This document shows positions 20,129-29,800 of a stretch of 64,000 bases of DNA, one piece after another. The position numbers and the translations under genes are program-made. The notes under the pieces are model-generated. The model ran no database searches, had not been told where the DNA came from, and saw only the letters and a program-made list of their open reading frames with translations. Within the stretch, counting starts at the first letter, position 1; every line of letters begins with the position of its first letter. Where the stretch lies: assembly GCA_965261455.1 (NCBI GenBank), contig OZ253453.1:1366374-1430373 (forward strand), read 5' to 3'. This DNA comes from Dehalococcoidia bacterium (GTDB lineage Bacteria > Chloroflexota > Dehalococcoidia > SHYB01).

Positions 20129-21817
20129 CTAACGGGCCATATCGTAGCTGCGAAGGAGCTTTCCGGGTAGCGCCCCGGTGCACTGATTCTCCTCGAACGT
20201 CACGCTGCCGTTGACGAGGGTGTACCGTAACCCCTTCGGCTTCTGGATCAGGCGGCGCTCACCTCCGGGGAAGTCGTTGGAGTAGACCGGGTCTTCGTTG
20301 AGGACGCCCAGCTCGTCGAGGTTGTAGACCATGATGTCCGCTGCCCGCCCGACGGCCAGGGTCCCGCGGTCGGTGTAGCCGGCGATCCATGCCGGGTAGG
20401 CGCTCATCTTGTAGTGCCCTTGCTCCAGCGACATGATCTCCTTATCGCGGATCCAATAGGCGAGCATGTCCACCACCCACCGCGCGTTCGCCTGGAAGCG
20501 GGTGTGGGCCCCGCCGTCGGACGTGGAGATGTGCGTCGAAGGGTCGCAGAGGTCCGCGATCTTGCTGGCGAGTTCGCCGTCGTCCTCGTAGGACTCTTGA
20601 TTGCTGAATTCGGTGAGGAGGTCCTCGTCGAGCGACAAGTCGAGCAGGGCGTCTACGGGATGCTTGCCCATCATCGCCGCCACTTGCCGCATGGACTTCC
20701 CTTCGTAGGGATAGTTCCGTTCGTCGACGACCTGAAGCACCCTGACGGAGTCCCAGTCGGTCCGGCTGTCCGGCTGCGCTTCGACGGCCCGCTTCATCGC
20801 CTCCCGGACTCCAGGCGCGCGGAGTTTGTCCGCCCGAACGGACGGGGAGCCGACAAGCGGATCGACCCAGGACGGCATATAGTCGAAGAGGTTGTACTCG
20901 GCGAGGGACCATCGGCCGGCAATCCGAAGCGGCGTTTTCTGCGGCGCCACCGGAAGCCCTTCCTCCCGGCACCGCCGATACCACTCGGGGCCGCTGTCGT
21001 TCCGGTCCAAGACCACGTGCAGGGGCCTTCCGCTGGCCCGCAACATCTTCGTGACCATTCGCTCCTGGGCGTCGTGGTTTACCGACCGGATCATCGTCCA
21101 GCCCATCATGCCGACGCCGAACCCGCCGAGCACTTCGGCCAGACCGACGACCTCCGCTTCCGAAGCCATGTGGGTGGGAATCGGGCTGCCGTCCTCGCAG
21201 CGGTCCTCCTCGCTTCGATCGATGGCGAAGCCGAACGAGCCCGCCTGCATCCCCTCGTGGAACAGCTCCTTCAGGCGGTTGAGCTCTTGGTCGGTGACCG
21301 AGGTGCGTTCCCGGGCGGGGATCATCCCCAAGACATAGCCCCGAAGCGAGCAGAAGGGAAGCAAGGAGCCTATGTTGACTCCGAGGCCCTGACGATCGAG
21401 GCTGTCGAGGTATTCGGGGTACGTCTCCCAGTCCCACCGCATGCCCTTGCGCATCGAATCGAGCGGGATTGCCTCGATGCGGTTCATCATGCGCATATTG
21501 AGGTCGCGGTCTTCGGCCCTTGTCGGCGCGAAGCCGAACCCGCACTGGCCGATGGTCATCGTGGTCTGCCCGAACCACCCGTCCAGCGTGGCGTACGGGT
21601 CCCAGTTGAGCTGGGCGTCGTAGTGGGTATGGAGGTTGATGGCGCCCGGCGCCACGATACATCCGCCGGCATCGAGCTCGGTGGCGGAGCCGGCCGAAAT
21701 GTGTCCGCTGACCTTGGCGATCCGTCCGTCCTTGATAGCCAAGTCGGCGCGGTAGCGGGGTACGCCAGTCCCTTCGATGACCGTGCCGCCGCGGATTACG
21801 AGGTCATACTCGGCCAT
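20129..21817 (-). CDS. D-aminoacylase family amidohydrolase (paralogue of 9361-11061)
   Basis: MAEYDLVIRGGTVIEGTGVP...AINLHTHYDAQ. About 75% identical by eye to the plus-strand copy. Confidence 0.8.
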   Translation of the reverse strand: MAEYDLVIRGGTVIEGTGVPRYRADLAIKDGRIAKVSGHISAGSATELDAGGCIVAPGAINLHTHYDAQLNWDPYATLDGWFGQTTMTIGQCGFGFAPTRAEDRDLNMRMMNRIEAIPLDSMRKGMRWDWETYPEYLDSLDRQGLGVNIGSLLPFCSLRGYVLGMIPARERTSVTDQELNRLKELFHEGMQAGSFGFAIDRSEEDRCEDGSPIPTHMASEAEVVGLAEVLGGFGVGMMGWTMIRSVNHDAQERMVTKMLRASGRPLHVVLDRNDSGPEWYRRCREEGLPVAPQKTPLRIAGRWSLAEYNLFDYMPSWVDPLVGSPSVRADKLRAPGVREAMKRAVEAQPDSRTDWDSVRVLQVVDERNYPYEGKSMRQVAAMMGKHPVDALLDLSLDEDLLTEFSNQESYEDDGELASKIADLCDPSTHISTSDGGAHTRFQANARWVVDMLAYWIRDKEIMSLEQGHYKMSAYPAWIAGYTDRGTLAVGRAADIMVYNLDELGVLNEDPVYSNDFPGGERRLIQKPKGLRYTLVNGSVTFEENQCTGALPGKLLRSYDMAR

Positions 21818-21859
21818 GGCTTGTCTCCTCGGGCCGGCTTCAGCGGCCTACCTCTGAGG

Positions 21860-23002
21860 CTAGTTGAACCCAAATACCCTCGCAACGTTGTCGTGGGTCA
21901 TCTTTCGCACCTCATCCTCGGGGACATCGCTGAAGATGTCGCTAATGACGCGGCGCGAGTCGGGCCAGGTGCCTTCGGTGTGCGGATAGTCGGAGCCCCA
22001 CATGAGGTTCTCGACGCCGATCACGTCACGCTCGCGGACCGCCCCCCAGTCCTCCTGGAAGCTCAGGAAGACGTTGCGATGGAAGAAGTCGCTCGGCTTC
22101 ATGTCGTTCTTGAACCGCGGCCACAGCATGCCGCGGTCTCTGTGGTGGAGGTCCATCATGTAAAGGAGGTGCGGGGCCCATCCCGCGTTGTTCTCCACAC
22201 TGGCGACCTTGAGGTCCGGGTACCGCTCGAAGACCTTCGACCAGATCATCGAAGCGATGGACCGCATGATCCGGTACTGCTGCGTGCAGTACATGACCCC
22301 AAGGGGATTGTTGGGGTCTTCGTCGTTGAACTGGTCCATGGGCACGCCGTCGCGGTGGGAGCCCGAGTGGAGGCAAAGGGGCATCCCCAACTCCTGGGCG
22401 GCCGCCCAGAGTGGCTCGTACTCAGGGTTGTGGTACTGCCGCTCGTGCTTCGGGTAGACAGTGATGAGGGCGGCGGTGAGCCCAAGGTCGCGGGCCCGGT
22501 AAAGCTCTCGCACGCCTTCCTCGACGACGTCGAGGTTCAGCATCGCGACGCCCTTAAGGCGATCGGGATAGGGCTTGCAGAAGTCGGCGATCCACTCGTT
22601 GTAGAGGCTGCAGACCACATTGAGCAGGCCGGTATCCTCGATGCGCCAGATCCCGCCGACGCCGGCAGTGGGAAAGATCGTCCCGCCGAACACGCCGTCG
22701 TATTCCATGTCGGCCAACGATTCGTGTGGATCGTAGGCGCCCCGCCGAACGCTTTCCCAGCGCCCCTTGGCGGTCATCTTGTGCGGTTCGTCGCTGGTGT
22801 ACCTATTGCCGGCTTGCGTCGTGTTGCCGATGGATCCCATCGACTGGTTGCCCTCGACACACCACCAATCGAACTCCTCGCCTTTCACGAGCCTGGGCAC
22901 CCGTTCCAGGTACTCCGCGCCGGCGCGGGCCGTCCACAGATCGGGAGGCTCGACGATGTGGTTGTCCGCGGACAGCAGCACCGTCTGGGTGTCGGTGGTC
23001 AT
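21860..23002 (-). CDS. Amidohydro_2 family protein
   Basis: LSADNHIVEPPDLW N-terminal motif, 380 aa. Confidence 0.8.
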   Translation of the reverse strand: MTTDTQTVLLSADNHIVEPPDLWTARAGAEYLERVPRLVKGEEFDWWCVEGNQSMGSIGNTTQAGNRYTSDEPHKMTAKGRWESVRRGAYDPHESLADMEYDGVFGGTIFPTAGVGGIWRIEDTGLLNVVCSLYNEWIADFCKPYPDRLKGVAMLNLDVVEEGVRELYRARDLGLTAALITVYPKHERQYHNPEYEPLWAAAQELGMPLCLHSGSHRDGVPMDQFNDEDPNNPLGVMYCTQQYRIMRSIASMIWSKVFERYPDLKVASVENNAGWAPHLLYMMDLHHRDRGMLWPRFKNDMKPSDFFHRNVFLSFQEDWGAVRERDVIGVENLMWGSDYPHTEGTWPDSRRVISDIFSDVPEDEVRKMTHDNVARVFGFN

Positions 23003-23074
23003 GTCCCAACCCTCCTCAAACCCAGGTGTTTTCCTATCGCCGCAGCGGACCGAGGTTCGCTGCGGCGGCGCTCG

Positions 23075-24826
23075 CTATTGGTCGAGCCAGACGCGGTCCC
23101 AAATGACGTTCCCCCACTGCCCAAGCGGCGACGTGTAGTTCTGGACTTCGGGACGTCCGGGCCAGAACGAGCCGAGCCAGCTCACCGGCACGAAGGGGAT
23201 GGTCTCGAACATGCGCTCCTGCATCTCGATGACGAGCTGGCGCCGTTTCGCCGGGTCGGTCTCGCCACGCTGTTGGGCGAACAGGTCGGCGGTCTGCGCA
23301 TCCACGAGCTTGACGAAGATGCCCGGAATGATCGAGAGGATCGCCCCGTTGGGGTCGGCGTAGTTCATTGCCGGAGAATCGACGTTGAGCGTGAAGTCTC
23401 CGTTGGTCTTGGCCGCGGCGTGCTCGGCGAAGGGCAACTGTACGCCGGTCGCGTTGATGCCCACGGTCTTCAGCTGGTCTTGGGCGAATTGCCAGAATGT
23501 TCCGTTGTACGTGGTGCCGGATACGACCACGTTCTCCACGTCGAGACCATCCGCGAATCCGGCCTCCGCGAGCAACCTCTTGGCCTCGGCGCGGTCCGCC
23601 TCCAGGTCGGCGCCCGAACGGAAGCCGGGCCTCGTGAGCAGCTCGCTTTCGGAGATCCCCCATCCCGGCGGCCCGACCTGGAAGCCGGCAGTCAGGACGT
23701 GCTCGGGGAGCACGTTGAGAGCGACCTGGTGGTCGAACGCGAGGAATGCCGCGCGCCGTACCCGGATGTCGTCCCAAGGCGCCCGCGCGGTATTGAAGAA
23801 GATGCCGGCTACCTCGAGTGAGAAGAACTCGTTCTCGTTCAGGTCGGGAACGGTGCTCTTGAGGTCCGCGATGACCGGCGCCGAGACCGTCGTGGCCCCC
23901 GGGCCGAGGACATGCAGCCTTCCGGCCTTGAACGCCGCGACTCTGGTTCCCTCCTCTGGGATGTACAAGAACTTCACCGCGTCGAGGTAGGGAATGCCGG
24001 GAACGTGGTAGTCCGGATTGGCGGACAGGTCCATGCTCACGTCCGGCGTGAACTCCTCGTACAGGTACGGGCCGGTCCCTATCTGCGGCGCGTTTATGGG
24101 CTCGCCGCTGTAAGCCTCCAGCACGTGCTCCGCGTAGATCGGCGAAAGCTGCATCGCAAGCGGGGCAAGGAAGTTGGAGTTCGGCTCGGCCAGGTTGACG
24201 ACGAGGGTCGTGTCATCCGGCGTGTCGACGCTGCCGATGATCGCGTACTCGGGAGCGACGCGGCCCGACTGGTTCTCCAACGAGTATTTGGCGTCGGAGG
24301 CAGTGAAGGCCTCGCCGTCATGCCACCTGACGCCGGACTTGAGATTGAAGGTGTAACGGTCGGCGGCCGAGCTGATCTCCCAGCTTTCGGCTAGGTGGGG
24401 GAGGATCTCATCTTTCGGATCGCCCCAGTTCCAGCGCACCAGCTTGTCGTAGACGTGGCTGAACATCTGGTTCCCGGAGTAGAACCCAGCTTCGCTTGGC
24501 AGGAACGCCCGAGGGCCGCTCCGCTGCGGGACGAGGAAGGTCCCGCCCCGTTTGACCCCTTCATCGGCCGGAGCTGCGGGCATGGCCGTCGGCGCCGGCA
24601 TGGCCGTTGCCGTCGGCGCCGGTGCCATCGTGGCAGCCGGAGCGGCGCCCCCGGCCGGTCCTTGAGAGCCCGCCGGCCCTTCGGCTCCTGCGGGGCCGGC
24701 CGGTCCTGCGGGGCCAGCCGGTCCTGCGGGCCCTGGCGGCCCTTGCGCGCCCCCACAAGCGGCGACAAGCAAGGCGACGACAATTCCCACGGTAACAAAT
24801 AGAGAAAGTCGCATGGTGCGTCTCAT
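23075..24826 (-). CDS. ABC transporter substrate-binding lipoprotein (family 5) with collagen-like GXY linker
   Basis: MRLSLFVTVGIVVALLVAAC lipobox, GPPGPAGPAGPAGPAGPAGAEGPAGSQGPAGG, Ala/Pro/Thr/Met linker, SBP5 body. Confidence 0.8.
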   Translation of the reverse strand: MRRTMRLSLFVTVGIVVALLVAACGGAQGPPGPAGPAGPAGPAGPAGAEGPAGSQGPAGGAAPAATMAPAPTATAMPAPTAMPAAPADEGVKRGGTFLVPQRSGPRAFLPSEAGFYSGNQMFSHVYDKLVRWNWGDPKDEILPHLAESWEISSAADRYTFNLKSGVRWHDGEAFTASDAKYSLENQSGRVAPEYAIIGSVDTPDDTTLVVNLAEPNSNFLAPLAMQLSPIYAEHVLEAYSGEPINAPQIGTGPYLYEEFTPDVSMDLSANPDYHVPGIPYLDAVKFLYIPEEGTRVAAFKAGRLHVLGPGATTVSAPVIADLKSTVPDLNENEFFSLEVAGIFFNTARAPWDDIRVRRAAFLAFDHQVALNVLPEHVLTAGFQVGPPGWGISESELLTRPGFRSGADLEADRAEAKRLLAEAGFADGLDVENVVVSGTTYNGTFWQFAQDQLKTVGINATGVQLPFAEHAAAKTNGDFTLNVDSPAMNYADPNGAILSIIPGIFVKLVDAQTADLFAQQRGETDPAKRRQLVIEMQERMFETIPFVPVSWLGSFWPGRPEVQNYTSPLGQWGNVIWDRVWLDQ

Positions 24827-25078
24827 GGTGGGCCCTCCCAAATGGCGGCGCCGCGCCGGAGCAACGCTGAGCGTCCGCAGGTACGTCTACTCCGAGAACG
24901 AACCGCTTTATCCGGGGGAGACGTGTGGCGACTCTAACATAGCGCGAGAATCAGGGTCAACACGACGAAAGTCGGCGCGACAGAAACCGGATGAGCGGGA
25001 AGACGACGCAATCGAGCCGCAGGTGCTCGAAGCAAGCGGCGGCGGCGGCTTGCGGAATGAGGCCTGCCGCGGGCGCCG

Positions 25079-25870
25079 CTAGCCGCGGTCTCGACCCCTG
25101 CCCTGACTCGTCTTCCAATCGGCCTCTCGCTCGCGCCAATCGGGGTGAGAATGACCGGCGATCGCGGTGTGTCGTCCGGAGACGAACGCGCCGTCCGGGC
25201 CGCCCATGTTGAACCAAATGCGGTTCATCATCTCGCGCTGCATCGCCATGACGTCCGGCGGAATCTCGGCGATGTCCTCGGCCGTTCGCCAGGCCTCGTC
25301 CATGAGTTGATCGGATGGGACGATTCTGCTAACCAGTCCAATCTCCTTCGCGGTCTTGGCATCCACCTTTGCCCGCCCGATGATGATGTCCTTCGCCCAG
25401 GCGACCGACACGAACTTGTAGAGCAGGGCGCCCATCGTCGGCATGCTCGGGTAACCGTAAGCGATCTGGGGCACGTAGAATTTTGCGTCTTCCGACGCGA
25501 TGAGGATGTCGCTGCAGAGCGCCATACCCAAGGCTCCGCCGGCGCACCACCCGTTTATGGCGGCGATGACAGGCTGGCGAAGCCGGAACAGGGTCTCGCA
25601 GACCTCGCTATGGATGCGTCCGGGGGAATGCCGGCTCAGCCACGCTTCGCCGTCCGGCTGCGGTTCGGACGTGTCGTGCCCGGAGGAAAAGCTGCGGCCC
25701 GCTCCGGTCAGGATGACGCAATGAATGTCTCCATCCTTGTCAATCGCGTCCAGGGCGTCCTTCATTTCAAAGTTCGTTTGCGTCCTGAACGCATTGAGCT
25801 TTTCAGGCCGGTTCATCGTTACGGTGCATATGTGATCGCGGGTCTCCACGATAATGTCATCGAAGTCCAT
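25079..25870 (-). CDS. enoyl-CoA hydratase/isomerase (crotonase) family protein
   Basis: IIVETRDHICTVTMNRPEKLNAF...VILTGAGRSFSSGHD. Confidence 0.8.
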   Translation of the reverse strand: MDFDDIIVETRDHICTVTMNRPEKLNAFRTQTNFEMKDALDAIDKDGDIHCVILTGAGRSFSSGHDTSEPQPDGEAWLSRHSPGRIHSEVCETLFRLRQPVIAAINGWCAGGALGMALCSDILIASEDAKFYVPQIAYGYPSMPTMGALLYKFVSVAWAKDIIIGRAKVDAKTAKEIGLVSRIVPSDQLMDEAWRTAEDIAEIPPDVMAMQREMMNRIWFNMGGPDGAFVSGRHTAIAGHSHPDWREREADWKTSQGRGRDRG

Positions 25871-25890
25871 AGCCGTTACCTCCGGTACTA

Positions 25891-26460
25891 CTAACCAGCG
25901 AGCGCTTCCTGGAATTCACCCACGGTGATCACCTTCGCATGCATCGGCAGCACCTTTTCCATGAGCAGGCGATGCACTTCGGGGTCTTTGTCGGCGCAGC
26001 AGTCCGACAGCACGTACAGATCGTAGTCGAGATCGACCCCGGCCCTCACGGCCGAGAGCACCTGCCCGCCCGTGCTGATCCCCATCAAGGCAAGCGTGTC
26101 GATGTTCTTCGCCCTGAGGACCGCATCGAGATCGGTGGACGCGAAGAGCCCGCTGCGCCGCCTGCGTATGACGGTCTCCCCCGGTTGCGGAGCCAAGTCG
26201 GGGTGCACCTCGACGTCCGGCGTTCCCTTTCGGAAGACCCCGCTGTTCTTCAGCCGATTGAAGCTCCAGTTGCGGGGATGGACCACGGGAAAGTCGTCGG
26301 AGAACTCAACGACCCCGTAGATGATTGAGACGCCCGCCGCGCGGCCGGCCTCGATGGCCGTCTTGGCATTCCTCAGCGCGTCTTCGTCTGGGACCATCCT
26401 CGTGACGGCAACTTCATAGTCCATCACCAGGATCGCGGTTGTGGCGGGATCGATGCCCAT
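25891..26460 (-). CDS. isochorismatase-family cysteine hydrolase
   Basis: AILVMDYEV...LMGISTGGQV...YVLSDCCAD, the D/K/C triad layout of the isochorismatase fold. Confidence 0.7.
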   Translation of the reverse strand: MGIDPATTAILVMDYEVAVTRMVPDEDALRNAKTAIEAGRAAGVSIIYGVVEFSDDFPVVHPRNWSFNRLKNSGVFRKGTPDVEVHPDLAPQPGETVIRRRRSGLFASTDLDAVLRAKNIDTLALMGISTGGQVLSAVRAGVDLDYDLYVLSDCCADKDPEVHRLLMEKVLPMHAKVITVGEFQEALAG

Positions 26461-26586
26461 TGATGACGCTCCTTTGGCTCGCGGTGAGCACGATTATAGT
26501 CCACCCGCCCGTTCCGCCGCGCGTGGAACAAATCGGCCGCCTCGCGCGTCTTAGGCATGTGCGAACACTCCACCGGAGGTCCAGAC

Positions 26587-28557
26587 ATGCCGGCTCGACG
26601 CATCTTCTCGACGCTCAGTTTGATTCTCGGAATAGCCCTCGTCCTCGCGGCGTGCGGCACAGACTCGAACGAAACGATGCCGACCGCAGCCCCGACAGCG
26701 ACGCCGGTGGCAATGCCGACGGGGTTACCGATGGCATCGGCAGTACCGCAAAGCGGGCCATCGGGCCCCAGAGGGGCGACCGGAGCAGATGGCGTCAGCG
26801 GCCCTCAGGGAGAACAAGGCCTCCAGGGAGAACAAGGCCTCGCAGGGTCTCAAGGCAGCTCCCAGGTCACGATGGCGCCGGCGGCGGCGGGCGCCCCAAG
26901 CCCAAGGACGATGAGGGAACCGACGTCGCAGGCAATGATGCCGAAGCCAAGGGCGACAGCGATGGCGGCCCCGACGGCGACGCCGGCGCCAATGATGATG
27001 CAGCCGACGGGGGCGCCGATGGCAACGGCCGCACCACAAGCCGCGCCTTATTCGAGCGGGTCTAGCGGGGCACAAGGAGCGTCGGGACCCAGAGGCGCCC
27101 AGGGCAGCCCCGGGGCGACGACCTTCCAAGATTACCCGCGCTCGCCGGCGGTCGCGACGGCTGAAGACCGGACGTCGACCTTTAGCCTCGATACCGACCG
27201 CACGTCCTACTACCTCGCGCTCAACTGGGCCCAATCGGGCTTCGAGATTGACCCCGCTTCCGTTCGCGCCGAGGAGTGGGTCAACAGCTTCAACTACGCC
27301 TACGAACCGCCGAGCTCCGAGGACCGCTTCGCCATCTCCACCGACATCTTCAGGCATCCGCTGGACGACGGAAAGCGCCTCGCGCGCTTGGCCTTCCAGG
27401 CGCCGGATCTGCACGGAGGCGAGAGAGCGCTCAACGTGACACTCGTGCTCGACGCCTCGGGGTCCATGGGGGACGGCAACCGGGTGGCCATCGCCCGCGA
27501 GGCCGCCGAGAGCATCCGGCGAAGCCTGCGCAGCCACGACCGCATCTCCGTGGTGCACTTCACCACAAACGTTATCCATGAGTACACCGTCGGGCCGCTG
27601 CGACCGGACCACCGCGACGTGAAGTGGTCGATCGCGCAATTGGGGCCGCACGGTTCGACCAACGTGCAGGCCGGTCTCGACCTCGGCGTCCGGCTCGCCG
27701 ACCAAGCCCGCCGCGAACGCCCCGACGCGTTCAACTACGTCGTGCTGATGTCGGACGGCGTGGCGAACGTCGACGCCACCGACCCCTTCGCTATCCTGGA
27801 GTCCACCGGCGGCCGCGACGACGGGAACCCGCTGCGACTCATCACGGTGGGCGTCGGGATCAACAACTACAACGACTATCTGCTGGAGCAGCTCGCCCAG
27901 CACGGCAACGGTTGGTACCGCTACCTCAGCACCACCGCCCAGGCACGGGAGACGTTCGGCCATGGCGCCTGGCTTGCGCTCTCGCTTCCCTTCGCCGATC
28001 AGACCCGCGCCCAGGTGACCTGGGACCCCGATCTCGTCCGGTCGTGGCGCATCATCGGCTACGAGAACCGCATCACGTCCGACGAGTCGTTCACCCAAGA
28101 CCGGAAGGAGTTCGCGGAGATTCCCTCAGGCGCCGCCACCACGGTCTTCTACGAGCTCGATCTCGTGGAAGGCGTGGACGCAAGAAGCGCGGGCGGCGCG
28201 AAGCTGGGCGACATCGAACTGCGCTGGGTCACGCCGGTGAGCGAAGCGTCGGTCCGGCAGCACGCGCCGATCTGGGGCCATTGGGGCACGGACTTCGGCG
28301 CCATGGATGACGCGCGGCTGCGGCTCGGCACCATCGCGGCACTTGCCGCCGACCGCTACGGCGCGCTCCCCTATGCCGACGGCAGGTACGCGCCGGAGGT
28401 CCGCCGCGACCTCTCCGTCCTCATGGACGAGCTCCGGCGCCTGGAGCGCGACCTTGGAACGCTGGAGGCCTACCGCGACTTCGCCTTCCTGCTCGACCAC
28501 ATCGTCCACAGCCTTCCCGCCGAGTCCCGGCCGGGCGATTCGGGATACAGCCGCTAG
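26587..28557 (+). CDS. von Willebrand factor type A (vWA) domain lipoprotein with collagen-like repeats
   Basis: Lipobox LVLAAC. Two GXY runs (GPSGPRGATGADGVSGPQGEQGLQGEQGLAGSQG; GSSGAQGASGPRGAQGSPG) separated by a Met/Ala/Pro-rich tract. MIDAS motif LVLDASGSMGDG. Confidence 0.75.
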   Translation: MPARRIFSTLSLILGIALVLAACGTDSNETMPTAAPTATPVAMPTGLPMASAVPQSGPSGPRGATGADGVSGPQGEQGLQGEQGLAGSQGSSQVTMAPAAAGAPSPRTMREPTSQAMMPKPRATAMAAPTATPAPMMMQPTGAPMATAAPQAAPYSSGSSGAQGASGPRGAQGSPGATTFQDYPRSPAVATAEDRTSTFSLDTDRTSYYLALNWAQSGFEIDPASVRAEEWVNSFNYAYEPPSSEDRFAISTDIFRHPLDDGKRLARLAFQAPDLHGGERALNVTLVLDASGSMGDGNRVAIAREAAESIRRSLRSHDRISVVHFTTNVIHEYTVGPLRPDHRDVKWSIAQLGPHGSTNVQAGLDLGVRLADQARRERPDAFNYVVLMSDGVANVDATDPFAILESTGGRDDGNPLRLITVGVGINNYNDYLLEQLAQHGNGWYRYLSTTAQARETFGHGAWLALSLPFADQTRAQVTWDPDLVRSWRIIGYENRITSDESFTQDRKEFAEIPSGAATTVFYELDLVEGVDARSAGGAKLGDIELRWVTPVSEASVRQHAPIWGHWGTDFGAMDDARLRLGTIAALAADRYGALPYADGRYAPEVRRDLSVLMDELRRLERDLGTLEAYRDFAFLLDHIVHSLPAESRPGDSGYSR

Positions 28558-28608
28558 CCCGCCCCCGTTTCTAGCCGGGGGCGCGGCGCGGCTATCGCCC
28601 GCCCCCGG

Positions 28609-29790
28609 CTAGCCCCGCGGAAGCCCCAGGCCGCGCGTGGCGATGATGTGCTGCTGGACTTCCGTGGTGCCGCCCTGGATCGTGTTCGAGAGCGTATAGA
28701 GGTACTCGCCGGCGGGAAGGCCGGCGAGTACCGCGCCCCGCGACCCTTTGAGCGGCTGGCCGTAGAGGCCCAACATCCGCATGCCCACCTGCGCTATGCG
28801 CTGCGATAGCTGGGAGGAGAGCAACTTGGAGGCCGAGGCTTCCTGGTTCGGTATGAGACCCTCGGCCTGCATCGAGGCGATCCGGTAGGCCAGCATTACG
28901 CCCGCCTGATTGGCGATGGCTGTTTCCGCCAGCGCGTGCCGCAGCGCGGCGGGAAGCGGCGGGCCGCCGTTCGCCGCCTTCCTTCGGGCGAACGCCGCCA
29001 GATCGTCGATGGAGCGCTGGTTGTTGGCGAACCAGCCGACCCCAGAACGCTCGAAGTCGAGCGTCGTGGCGGCGACGTACCAGCCGCGGTTCTCCTCGCC
29101 GAGCATCATCTCCCGCGAGATGCGGACGTCGTCGAAGAAGACCTGATTGAAGTAGTGCACGTCCATCATGTTCACGATCGGGCGCACGGTGATCCCTGGC
29201 AGGTCCATCGGGATGAGGAAGGCGGTGACGCCGCGGTGCTTCGGAGCGTTTGGATCCGTGCGCGTCAGGAGAATCGCGCGGTTGGAGCGGTGCGCGCCGC
29301 TCGTCCATATCTTCGAGCCGTTGACGACGTAGTCGTCGCCGTCCCGCACCGCGGCGCACTGGAGTGACGCGAGGTCCGACCCCGATTCCGGCTCGCTGAA
29401 GCCCTGGCAGTAGACGTGTTCGCCCGACGCGATGGGCGGCAGGAAGACGCGCCTCTGCTCCTCCGTGCCGTGGACCATCAACGTCGGGGCGACGAGATTG
29501 ACCCCTACGACAAGGTCGCGGTCGGGAGCGCGGCGGTAGGCAAGCTCTTGCTTATAGACGACTTGCTCCATGACCGAAGCGCCGCGTCCGCCGTACTCCT
29601 CCGGCCACCCCATGATGGGCCAACCCTGGGCGAGGAGCTTCGCCGAGAAACCGCGCACGAAGTCCCAGTACTCGTCCTCGAACTCCGCGTCGGGGTAGAC
29701 GCCGCTCCAGCCGGGAGGAAGCTCGCGGTCGAAGAAGGCGCGCAACTCCCGCCGGAACGCCTCCTCCCGCTCGGTGAACCGAAACTCCAT
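28609..29790 (-). CDS. acyl-CoA dehydrogenase
   Basis: YCQGFSEPESGSDLASL...GSKIWTSGA ACAD middle and C-terminal signatures, 393 aa. Confidence 0.85.
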   Translation of the reverse strand: MEFRFTEREEAFRRELRAFFDRELPPGWSGVYPDAEFEDEYWDFVRGFSAKLLAQGWPIMGWPEEYGGRGASVMEQVVYKQELAYRRAPDRDLVVGVNLVAPTLMVHGTEEQRRVFLPPIASGEHVYCQGFSEPESGSDLASLQCAAVRDGDDYVVNGSKIWTSGAHRSNRAILLTRTDPNAPKHRGVTAFLIPMDLPGITVRPIVNMMDVHYFNQVFFDDVRISREMMLGEENRGWYVAATTLDFERSGVGWFANNQRSIDDLAAFARRKAANGGPPLPAALRHALAETAIANQAGVMLAYRIASMQAEGLIPNQEASASKLLSSQLSQRIAQVGMRMLGLYGQPLKGSRGAVLAGLPAGEYLYTLSNTIQGGTTEVQQHIIATRGLGLPRG

Positions 29791-29800
29791 CGATGCGGTG

